From assembly GCA_002269645.1 (NCBI GenBank), contig NIVC01003503.1, positions 1 through 64,000 on the forward strand: a stretch of DNA of 64,000 bases, read 5' to 3'. Under the pieces are notes generated by a model that saw only the letters and a list, made by a program, of their open reading frames with translations, was not told the origin of the DNA and searched no databases. Made by a program: the position numbers and the translations under genes. The stretch is from Macrostomum lignano (taxonomy: Eukaryota). Within the stretch, counting starts at the first letter, position 1; every line of letters starts with the position of its first letter. This document shows, in pieces, positions 46,527 to 57,196 of the stretch.

Positions 46527-48864
46527 GTAGTTTTTTTAGTTTTTGACTGAATTATAACGCACTTCGGTTGTCTATTAAGTATAGTCCATAGTTATTGCAT
46601 TTAGGCACAAAAGTGGGAATCGTAAAATCTGACTTGCTTTTTGAACTTGTAACAGAAGTTAAATCACTCGTCTATTAATATTGTATGCTACACCCGTCTA
46701 TAAGTAATTCATTATTTAAAGACGGAATTTCATGGTATTTATATTTTCAGTCAACTTAAGCGTGAGAAAACCTGTATCAGTGTAAATTAGATAAGTAAAA
46801 AACATTTTTTTGTTAAGTAGCGCCTCATTTTTGTTTTATGTTAATCTTAATAGAGCGAAAAGTCGAAGCATATTTTGGTTTAATTGTACTTTAGTAAAAA
46901 TTGCTTCAAAACTTTGTCATCTATTTTCTTATGTATTGTAGCTTCATGATTTCCAGTTTCCAAGCTAATGTAAGTGCTTCAATGCTCGTAACCATGGACA
47001 ACCCAGTGGGCAGAGGTTAGAGAATTTATTTATTAGGACATTTTAGAGGCTAATTTGGCGCAAAAATATGTGGCAGACAAAAAAAGCGATAACTTTTTAT
47101 TGATAGTTATTGAAAACAGATAAAAAGCAATCGTTTAGTAAAACATGCCTTTATATTTTCTTCATTGATTTCTGTAATGTAGCGACTTACTTCATTTAAT
47201 TTTTCACCTGTCTCCCTCGCTCTTTTCTCGCTCATGTTTGTATCTCTCTTCATTCTGATTGGCTACCTTTGCGTCTTATCTTTATCCTGTCACTCTGCTT
47301 TCTGGTCGCTTATTCTATCCTTTCCCCATTGCGCACTGATTTGTTTTCGTCATTATTTTTTACCACCCCATGCTGTAACTATTTACCTCCGTCTCTTATC
47401 GTGCATGCAACCTCACCCCCTCTATGTCAAATGTCTTATAAATATGCGAATTTGGGCCTTGAGTTGTTTGTTTTTTCAACTTCTATAATTTAGTAACTAG
47501 TTTTATTGATATTATTTACATGTAAAGCTTTTTAAAAATCAAGGTGCGGTGAAGAGGAACCAAAACAGTATCAATGTTTTGGTTTCTAGAATTATTAGGT
47601 TTTTAGTGATCTTTTGATACGCTCAAATAGTGTGTAAATATAGTGAATGTGAGCTATGTTTAATTTTTTTGTGGTCCCAGATTGCCTCGAGCATCACAGT
47701 GCCATTGAGTGTAGCAGCAAAAAAAATTAAATCGAGAACTGACTAGCACAAGTCCGAGTGTGAAATATTGTATCATTTCTTTGTCTTTTGCGTCAAGTCT
47801 CGCTAGTTAATACTAAATTTACTTTTCAAGGCACAACTGTTGCCAGTGTAAAATCTCCAAAAGGTAAGAAATAGCTCCCAGAGTGCATTTAGGAATAAAA
47901 AGCGAATGTCTTCGTGCTTCGCTTTACTCATTTAGCCGCAATAATAGCAGCTACAGAAGTTTTGATTTATGGTTTTAGCTCATAATTGATAGTATAATAA
48001 TGATTTTTGAAATCTACCCCTTGCGCCATTTGGGTTGCAGAAATGTTGCGGGGACGTTGACAAACAAACATGAATTGTTTAGTGCTTCCGTTTGTCGTCT
48101 GCAGGAATAATGCAGGTTGGGGATGCAGACGCGCAACATTGATAGATCAACGTAAATCAACATTTATGCAGCTGTCAACGAAACGCAGTTTTGGTAGTTT
48201 TTTGTTTGACAATTTTTGTTGATTGCTACGTTTATCAATATTCAAATTTGTTTTCCCTCCGCTTTTGTTCCAGATCAGTGGTACAATATTCAGTTAGAAA
48301 TATTATCTGAAAAGCACGTACTTGCAATAATGATAGAAACTTTTAAAACATTGTAAACCCTTGCTTCGAGTGTGCATAGTAAACTGCTCGTACATTTTGC
48401 ATGTACGTGCATATACCATAAATTTGCAAATAACTGCCAGTTAATTTTTCGGTGAGAAGTATATGAAAGAAAATGACATCACTGAGAACATGCCATGTTA
48501 ATCATGGACCGAAAACAAAGTCAATCACAACCAAATGTGTTGAAGTTGCGGAACGATCGATAATGGAGGTTTAAAATGGTGCAGTTTCCTATTAGAGATG
48601 AGACATTTAAAAACTTTAGCAAATGATGAATGAACATTCCGATCAGTAACGATGTTAGCCTCTTTGGCATAATCATTTTAATCGGCAGTATCGTCGTAGC
48701 TCTTGTGCCGCTTGTTGGCATGCCACTTCTAACTTTCATTTCTCATTTCTTGATTAGAGTTGCTGGTTGTAAGACGAGTAACTACAGTGAGGTGCTAGGC
48801 AGACTAAGTTCCATTCTTTCGTCGCGACTGAGTTCCCGCGGGGATTACTATTTTTACGGGGCGA

Positions 48865-49440
48865 TTAAAAAGTCCTGCAAGTTACGTTATTAAAAAGTGC
48901 AGAGAAATCTGGAGCATGCATTCAGTATTGCATTTCCTCGAAGTATTTCTCCTTCACTTCGATGTACCGTGTCATTCGCATTCGCCAAGCCTGAAAGCAG
49001 TTGAGGTACTCTGATGTGGGCTGTCTCTACAGTTCTGATTTGACTGCTCGTGTCAGATCCTAAATCCGAGAAAATAGCCTTCCAGAAATGGCAGTCCTAG
49101 ACTTAGTGAACAACCAGAAGTCGCTGGGTTCAAGGTATTGTGAGTAGGTTGGGTGAAGCAGCAGCTGAACTCCTGTCTGTTCCAAGAAGGCTCGAGTTTC
49201 AGTGCGGGGGGCCGCATTGTCGTGGTATAGCAGCAATCTGGCACTTCTCCGTTCTGGCACGCTGTCGCCTCTCCTAAAGCAAAACAGTCAGCAGTTTCCG
49301 TGTATACTTGGCAGTCACCGTGCTACGCTCAGGAAGAATTTCGACTGCTAACACCCTATGAGAGTTAAAGAAAACGATAAGCCTTGTCTTGCGTGGGCCG
49401 GCCTGGGTTTATCTTCGGTTTACCAGACCATGTTAGACTC
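48865..49440 (-). mobile_element. Decayed mariner, 3' half with one TIR
   Basis: LYHDNAAP...HPTYSQYLEPSDFWLF...DLTRAVKSEL*...FQAWRMRMTRYIEVKEKYFE. TIR-like tacggggcgattaaaaagt at ~48866. Confidence 0.8.
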
Positions 49441-52319
49441 CTCTTTCATCTTAAAGAAGGAAATCTAGCATTTGTCTCCTGTGACGTCAAAACCTTTGTC
49501 CAATAGATCGTCAGATAGAAGTAGCGATTAAACTTTTTGTCTTTCCTTTCCTTCTTCCGTAGCTCTGCTAGAGCGTCGAATGACTTTGTCTCAAAATTTT
49601 CAGGTAGTTTTTTGTTAGCAAGTAGATCGTACATGTAGCAGTGTCGTGCAGTTGCAGTTAAACAGACTGAACAGCATTAACATCAATCAGTCCAGACAAA
49701 TGTCCATGCCGTTTATTAAGTTGGCTTCGCATCGGACTGCTTTCGATTCTGTGCAAAGCCAAATTTGCAAAGAACCTAACTCACTTATAGCTTTGCTCCA
49801 TTCTTGCCGATCGCAATGAAGATGCTTGCTGTTGCTTGCTTGTGCGAAGTATATTAAGTCAATCCGTTAATAGCGGAGGCAAGTGACTTTATTGAAAAGC
49901 AAACGAAGCTGCTGCTGATAGCTGCCTCTCCCTCTGGTGTTCCTTTAAGAGCGTTGTCTTCTCCTTTTAAAATGATTGCTGCCTAGCCGGGTTAGCTTAG
50001 CAATGCGGTTAATCGACATGGCAAGCGCCCGGCCATGGCGGACCACCCTTTCAATGTGGGAGTTCAAGGTCAGCCTGAAGTCCAGGTTCATACCTAGGAA
50101 CCGGACTTCTTCTTGGTATTCAAGGCTCGTGCCGCCCAGGTTAAATTTGGGGCGCAGATCAAGCCGCCGGGTTGGCTTATAGTTAAACGCAATCACCTGA
50201 CTCTTGCCGGCATTGATCTTGATCCCCTGCCCCCCACACCAGTTCCAAACTTGGTCAAGGTAGGGTTGCAGGAGCGACTTGAGGCCAGCAAAAGAGTCCG
50301 CCGAGGCCCAGATGGCCATGTCGTCGGCGAATTGGCTGCGCTTAAGATTTGGATGTTGCGGCCTAGGCATAGTGCTGATCAAGAGCAGGTAGAGGAAGGG
50401 GCTCAGAATGCCGCCTTGGGGGACGCCCGCCTGCAGCTCGTACGGCTGGCTGAGCGCCCCGTTGACCTTCACCTGCATTAGCCTGTCTGCTAGATAGTCA
50501 GAGCAGATCCTGACGAGGGCGTCCGGCGTGTCGACTTCATGCATCCTGAACCTTAGGAAGTCATACCACACCGAGTCAAACGCCGCTTGTACGTCAAGGA
50601 GAATGGCCAGCAATCTTTTGAGTTTGGCTTTTCCAACCTGGACGTCTTGGACGAGACGGACAAGGTTGTCGTAGGTCGAGTGTACCTTCCTGTATGCGCA
50701 CTGATCCTCACCGAGGATGCCTTGGCCCTCAAGATGCTTCATCAGTCTCCTCACCAAAAGCTTTTCGAACACCTTGCCGAGGCAGGAGGTTAGACTGATG
50801 GGCCGATAGGATCCCGTGGATTCAGGCGGTTTTTTCAGGTTTGGGAATCATAGTCACCACCGCCTTTTTCCACTGCGATGGGAAGATCCCCATACGATAG
50901 CAATCGTTGAACAGTTTGGTGATGCGAGTAACCGCTATAGGCTACAGGCCATACTTCAGGACGCAGTTGGGAACTTTGTCCAGGCCCGGAGCACTGTCTA
51001 CCTTGAGATGGTCCAGTTCCCAGAGGGTATCTGTAACAGAGATAGGGGCCTCCAGGGGGTGGCCCATGTACGGTTCTGCGCTCGGTGGGACAGGTCTGAA
51101 GAGTGGGAGCTTCATAGTCTGCTCAATTTTTTTCTTCAGTCCATCATCCGTAGATGGAATCGGGCGCATTTTGGCATCTAAGGCTCTCGCAAGCATGTCA
51201 GCCTTATCAGAGTCTGTGTGTGCGAGGGTGGCGCCATCATTCAGGGACGGAATAGTGGTGCCCTTTTTGCGCCCCATCAATTTTTTTTGTGTCTTGCCAA
51301 AAGTCCTTGACATTCCGACGCTGACTTTTTTCAACTATTTTCTCGCACAATTGGGTGAATTGGCCCTGCTCAAACGAATGAATGGCGCTTTTTATTTCCT
51401 TCGCCTTTCTATTCGCGAGGAGCCTGAAGTTGTCGTCCCTGGTGCTAAGGTACAGACGCCGGAGCTTTCTTCTCTCCTTGATCATAGCAATGATCCTCTG
51501 GGGGAGGGTTCTACGGCTATTTCTGACCGGGACGTTTTCCTCGATAGTCTTCTGGATCGCACCGGTGATGAAGTCGACCTCCGCATCAATTTGCTGCCTG
51601 GTTCTAAGGTCTGGAGGCCATGCATCAATCATCTTTTCCATAAGGATATTTTGGAACTCCTCCCAGTTGGCTTTAGCAAAATTTCGAGCCTTCTCTGGCC
51701 CTTGCCAGTCTGGGGAGTTACTTGCCAGGGTAAGAATAATTGAAAGGTGATCGCTATTCAGGTCGTCACCCACTTTTTAAGTCCTGGATGTAGGGGACGA
51801 GGTCGCTGGAGGCCAGACCTAGGTCCAGCACATTCCGGGAGACCGTTCCTTGTCGATGGGCTATTCTGGTGAACTGACCTGGTTGGTTTAGAACGGTGGG
51901 ACGGTTTGCAGGGTCGCCACAGAGCCAGTCATGAAGCTGTTGGCCAGCCCTGTTATTGCGACTCTCGCCTCCCAAGAAATTGTGCCTGGCGTTGAGGTCA
52001 CCCATAATAAGAGAGTATTTGGCCGAACACAGCCGAGTCAAAAGACCGACATTAAGGTTGTCCGGCGATGGAGACCGATAGATCAAGGCCAGTTTGAAAG
52101 CAGGGCAAGCGCCGTCAAGAGGGGTGACTGTGCAGGTAAGAACCTCATGGTTGATGTTGTCGTACGAGAGCTGGACATCAGCTACCTTAACCCGTGGGGT
52201 GTGTACGAGGAGGAGTCCGCGCTTCGTACTTGGAAGGTCAAACCGCACTGCAGCATAGCCCGGAAATGTGCATACTTGGGTATTTTTCAGGATGGTCTCA
52301 GAGAACAACGCTATATCTA

Positions 52320-54104
52320 CGAGGGGTGTCCCAAAAGTTCCCGGAATGTCTAACGTAGCTCTTCAACAGAGCCATGAAATTTCACGCCCATGGTGTCAAA
52401 TGAAAGGAAATTTTGTCACAAAGAATACAAAGTTAAAATCATGTTGATATCTTTTTTTATTCAAGAGCTACAGCAAGAAACTTGCGCAAAGGTCAGGGGT
52501 AGTGTTACACAACCTCAACAATCTATGACAATGATTTTAAACAATAAAACACAGAACAGTTCATACCGTTGATGAAATGGGTGCCGATGATGGGCATGAA
52601 CCAATTCAAAATTCAAAGCGAATCGTCAAGCTCAACCTGCGGCTTCTCCACGTAGTCCCCATTCAGCTGGACACACCTCTGCCACCTTGAAAGCATGCCG
52701 TCGATGGCCTGGGCAAAAACAGTTCGAGGCATTTCATGCAGGATGACGCGACGAGTGAAGTCTTCAAGTTCACTGCGGTTCTGGAACACCCGGCCACGAA
52801 GAAGTTTTTTAATTTGTGGAAAGATGGCAAAATCGGCAGGGGCCAAGTCTGGCGAGTAGGGCGGGTGAGGCACCAACTCAAAATTCAGCTGGTTGATCTG
52901 CGCCATCGTCTTTCTAGCGGTGTGTGGCCGAGCATTGTCATGGTGCAAAAAGCAGGGCTTCTCACCAGAATGACGCCGCTTGTTTCTCACATCATCCTTT
53001 AGTCTGGCCAGGCTAGCAACGTAGCGATCAGCATTGATGGTGGTCCCTTCCTCCAGAAAATCAATGGTCAGTGGACCACAGTGGTCAAAGAAGAGAGTCA
53101 GCATGACTTTTTTCGAATGCTGGTCTCGCCGAGCCTTCACAGGGGCAGGTGACCCTTTCTTTGTCCAAACCCGGCTTTCTTCTTTTGTCTCAGGATCAAA
53201 AAACGGAATCCAGGTCTCGTCACCAGAAATGATCAGCTTACCGAAGTCGCTCCAGCCACCTTGCCTCTGAATGAGCTCAATGTTGGACTTGGCGACGCTC
53301 AGTCGTTGTGCCCTGAGCTCCGGTGTGAGGAGACGGGGAACCCAGCGGGCTGAGATCTTTGAGAGAACCAGATCGTTGACGATTATTCGATGGACAGTCG
53401 ACTTGGCAATATCCAATTGATCAGAGATCTCTCGAATAGTCAAGCGGGCATCCGAGTCCAGCAGGGCCTCGATCCGTTGATGGGATGTCTCTCCACCCGA
53501 CGTGCAAGGACGGCCAGAGCGTGGCTGATCATTCACAGCAGACTGGCCATCTCTAAAGCGTTCGATCCATCCGTAAATTGCAGTTTTTTTCAGGCCGTTC
53601 TCACCGTGGATGGAGAATAAGTGGTCAGAAATCTTGGCTCCACTCCATCCTACTGACCAAAGGGCAAAAACTTGAATTCGCTGACTTTCAAGGCTCAGAA
53701 GAGAACTCATTTTCGCAAAAAAATTTCAAGTTGAAAGCAAGCGCTTGGTACGAATTATCTGCACTCGCGCAAAAGCTCAGATTAGCTTTATGAGCATTTC
53801 TGCTTTTTCCATAGACACTACCACGTCTTTCTAACACGTCAGTAGCACGAATTCAAAATGATAAAATTCCAAAAATGGAGATGAAAAAATTATTGCCATA
53901 GATTGTTGAGGTTGTGTAACACTACCCCTGACCTTTGCGCAAGTTTCTTGCTGTAGCTCTTGAATAAAAAAAGATATCAACATGATTTTAACTTTGTATT
54001 CTTTGTGACAAAGTTTCCTTTCATTTGACACCATGGGCGTGAAATTTCATGGCTCTGTTGAAGAGCTACGTTAGACATTCCGGGAACTTTTGGGACACCC
54101 CTCG
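52320..54104 (-). mobile_element. Complete mariner transposon with 213-bp TIRs and TA TSD
   Basis: TIRs at 52320-52532 and 53892-54104 differ at two positions. TA at 52318-19 and 54105-06. Removing the element rejoins the LINE endonuclease codons GAC CAG AAA CTA GAT ATA GCG. Confidence 0.97.
52613..53710 (-). CDS. Mariner DD34D transposase (intact, 365 aa)
   Basis: WVPRLL, GDETW, HHDNARPH, YSPDLAPAD; 34 residues between the second and third Asp. Confidence 0.97.
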   Translation of the reverse strand: MSSLLSLESQRIQVFALWSVGWSGAKISDHLFSIHGENGLKKTAIYGWIERFRDGQSAVNDQPRSGRPCTSGGETSHQRIEALLDSDARLTIREISDQLDIAKSTVHRIIVNDLVLSKISARWVPRLLTPELRAQRLSVAKSNIELIQRQGGWSDFGKLIISGDETWIPFFDPETKEESRVWTKKGSPAPVKARRDQHSKKVMLTLFFDHCGPLTIDFLEEGTTINADRYVASLARLKDDVRNKRRHSGEKPCFLHHDNARPHTARKTMAQINQLNFELVPHPPYSPDLAPADFAIFPQIKKLLRGRVFQNRSELEDFTRRVILHEMPRTVFAQAIDGMLSRWQRCVQLNGDYVEKPQVELDDSL

Positions 54105-54250
54105 TAGTTTCTGGTCTGAGACCCAGAGCCTGAGTTCTTTTAATTTCGGTATTATTCCCCTGCAATTCAGGTGGGCGATCTTGAGCCCTGAGGCAGTGGG
54201 GTTGGAGCTATCGTGCCCGTTATTACCGATCATTACTAATTTCATTCATT

Positions 54251-57196
54251 CTAGGTCTGGCCATCCACCTGTCGCCGGGGGGCGCCAAGCAGCTGACCAA
54301 GACCTTGGTGACCTTCCGACCCTCCTGCAAGGGCCCGGGCCAGAACCCTACCTACTACATCTTGCAGCGTTTGACCGGTGCCTTCAGTAGTATGCGGCCG
54401 TTCGGCCTGGCTCGGCAAGAGGACCGTAAGCACCTCTACGAGCGCTTGAACTAGCTTGGGAAAGAGCCCACTCACCATAGCTTCCATGGCGGCGAGCATG
54501 TTAGGCAGCACGTCATTACTTGGCGGCGGATCACTTGGCAACTGCGTCTGGGTCACAGAGTCAACCGAGTCGCGCACAGGGCGCTTTCGACTAGGGAGGC
54601 CGGGGCCGGTTAGCCAGGACGAGTCGTCGTCGGTGCCCCCCGTAGCCGTTGTCGCCCGTGCAGCGGTCTCGATTGGTCTAGGCGCAGTCACCGGAGCTGA
54701 TCGCGGTGCGGGGGCGGGTGGCGCTGCTGCTGCTGCTGCCATCGCCTGCGCTTCTGTTGGTGCAGCTCGCTCAGTCGCTGCAGTTGCTAATACTGGTGGC
54801 GGAGCTGCTGCTTGCATTATTGCCGCGGCTTCCCTGGCGCCGGCTTGATAGGCTGCAGCGCGCCGGGCCGCCTGGCTGTGCTTTTCAGCAGCTACTGGGC
54901 AGTTCCTGTAGTTTGCTCAATGGGCCTCGCCACAATTTGCGCATTTGGCCACGTCCGGGTTCGGGCACTCTTTCCAGCGGTGCGCCGCCGCGCAGATGTT
55001 GCAGCGCGGAGCAGCACGACACCGATTCGCGCGGTGGCCGAACCGCTGGCACTTATGGCACTGGAGCGCCCTAGCCGGAGCAGCCGTCTTGCTTGGTTCG
55101 CAGGCATATCTCGTGAACTGCGTTATGATGCCTGTCGCCAGGCAAGCATCCGCAGTGGCTTTATTAGGTAAGAATAGGCGGACGAGGTGAGTCGGCTCAT
55201 TACGCGCTCGCGACGTGATGCGACTCGCAGAGATAACTTTCAAACCTACGTCCTCCCGCAGGTGCTGAATGAATGCCGGAATCTCAATCTCGACCGGCAC
55301 ACCCCCCGGACTACTACAGAGTGCACCGATCGGACTGGAGGTGGCCGGTGAGCGGGTCTGTTGTACATTGGTCTGGAATTGGGCAGTCTACGCTTGACTG
55401 GTACGCCGTTCATGTTTGGCTCCCTCAGCGGCCCTCGGAGAAAGATCTGATGGTCTCTGGGTGTCGCTGGGAAAACCAGGTAGCCGTTCTTAGAACTGAT
55501 TGGCCTGGTCAGCGTTGCTCGGGCGTTGCCCTGAAAGTTGGACGCCAGCCATTTAAGGAAGTTAATTTGGTCACATTTTGTGTCACCGTCGAAGTTGAAG
55601 ACGACTGGCACTACGTTCTGCAGGCCTGGTGCAGCATTATTACTATTGTTGTTCCTTGCTGATTATTAATATTACAATTTTGACCCGCAGCCGACGCATA
55701 TGAGCGCCCTTGGATGATAGGCCGTTGAGCTGCGCCACCGCGCCCCGCACCAACATTGCCGCTTTGGTCTTGTACTTGGTTGCGGGAACTGCCAAGCGCA
55801 GCAGGGCCGGGCGCGCCGGCCGCCCCACGTAGCAGGACCGGAGTCCGCCCCGCCTCTGCCAGGCCCATCCCCGACGGGTGCTGCTGCCGCTGTCGTGCCT
55901 CCGTGCCCCGGTGTGCCGACGCCAGGTGGATGAGTCACCCTAAAGTTGAGTGATATACGTACACCCTCCTGGACGCCGACTCCTGGGACACTGTGCTTGC
56001 ACTTTCTTTGACAGGCCCCTGACATAATAATTACAGAGCCTGGTTTGGTTTACAGAGCCTACCACACGTTGGGTGACATTCTCCTTCACCAAGAACTGAC
56101 GGACGGCGCCTAGGGAGACCGTAGCAATATAAGGGTCTCTATCGAGTTCCGGCTCGTTATCCGCATGGTAGGGTATATGGTCGTCTGCCGTTTCATAGAA
56201 GTTGATTAGGCAGCTATTAAACTTTGGTGCATTAATATTGGCATTGAATTCTAGATAGTCCCGCATGTCCTCCACCGCCGGATGCCATTTCAGATTGGCG
56301 CCGAGGGGGACACCGGAGTATGAGTAGTCCGGACCAAACCATACGACACGGCGTTGCTCGTGCGGCCTATGATGCACGGCGATTGGCAGGAGATCTTTAA
56401 TCAGCCTGTCGTAGATGTCCGATGCTACACTGCCTAGCAAGTTGGGATAGTACTCTAGGCGGACATCTTGGCTAAGCAGCTTGATTGTCGATCCAGATTT
56501 GTCCGCGCCTCTTAGAAAAGCAATTGGATTGACATATGGCATGTTGCTATTTTCCGCGTCCAGGTCAACATTGTCATCACGTGCCGAATCTGCCACAGAG
56601 GCAGAATCAGATTCGATAGCTGCTGCGGCTGCGCTGGGGTCTTTGGAGCCGGCTTGGCCAGCCCCTTCCAGCACAGGGACAGAGCCGCTATCTGACGTAT
56701 TCGATCTGGCACTGTCCGGTGACCCGTGCTGCTCTGCCGTGATGGCGAGGACCGGAGACTTTGGTATTGTGGACGCATTAATGCAGCTTGGTTGCTCTGC
56801 AGGTACTTCGGCTAGATTTGGCACTGAAGCCGGCGTTGCTACATCTGCCTTTTCCCTGGGAGATGGTGGCGTATCAGATGGCGGTGCTAGTGCGCAGTCC
56901 ATACCTGCCGGGCAGCTAAGGGCTGCTAGGCTGTACGGAGCATCCGGCGAGATGCTCTCGGCACTGCTTCTGGAGGCCCTGTTGCTGTTGGGCTCCTTAC
57001 TGACCACACCAGTATCACCAGAGGTAGTTGCGGCGCCAGAAGGACCGGCGGGCAGCCGTACTGGTTTTTTGCCTAGGCCTAGCAGATTTCGGCCAAAGGC
57101 CTCCATCTTGTCGACCGATGATCGATTGTCGACTCGCTTGGCCGCAGGAAGGCCGGAAGGTTTAGCAATTTTGGTAGGCGGGACCTGTTTGCTCAT
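54251..57196 (-). pseudogene. LINE ORF1 (~980 aa if repaired): low-complexity N-terminus, AlkB dioxygenase, linker, zinc-knuckle Gag-like region
   Basis: ORFs 55940..57196, 55672..56025, 55611..55868, 55246..55611, 54917..55300 and 54251..54817 tile the region. They can be joined by about four 1-2-nt indels plus one in-frame TGA at 54917. Knuckles: CHKCQRFGHRANRC, CNICAAAHRWKEC, CANCGEAH*ANYRNC. Confidence 0.75.
55939..56470 (-). other. AlkB-family 2OG-Fe(II) dioxygenase domain (ALKBH2/3-like)
   Basis: YSYSG...W; FNSCLINFY; HADNE (HxD); IATVSLGAVRQF; after one frameshift at ~56050, GSVIIMSGACQ..KHSVP (distal His) and RISLNFR (R-x5-R). Confidence 0.93.

Larger units (their letters stand above)
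49945..54230 (-). pseudogene. LINE ORF2: apurinic endonuclease plus reverse transcriptase (frameshifted, split by the mariner)
   Basis: LKIAHLNCRGI...DQK|L|DIALFSET; IMGDLNARH; LDLGLAS; SDHLSI; SAPGLDKV; LLDVQAAFDSV; GVPQGGILSPFLY; QFADDMAIW. Confidence 0.93.

Noticed and set aside
50907-51750. + strand ORFs of 278 and 122 aa
   Set aside because: They are antisense to LINE ORF2 and have no independent motifs.
52390-54165. Paired small ORFs MVSNERK... on opposite strands
   Set aside because: They are mirror translations of the 213-bp mariner TIRs.
5719-57196. Diversity-generating retroelement (near-identical gene copies plus a reverse transcriptase)
   Set aside because: The RTs are LINE and Gypsy type, and ENaC variation is blockwise and not adenine-specific. 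No template/variable repeat pair exists.
55939-57196. AlkB as bacterial contamination or an ordinary host ALKBH2/3 gene
   Set aside because: It is contiguous and co-oriented with LINE ORF1 motifs, with no stop-polyA-promoter interval or operon context. Not formally excluded until other copies are examined.
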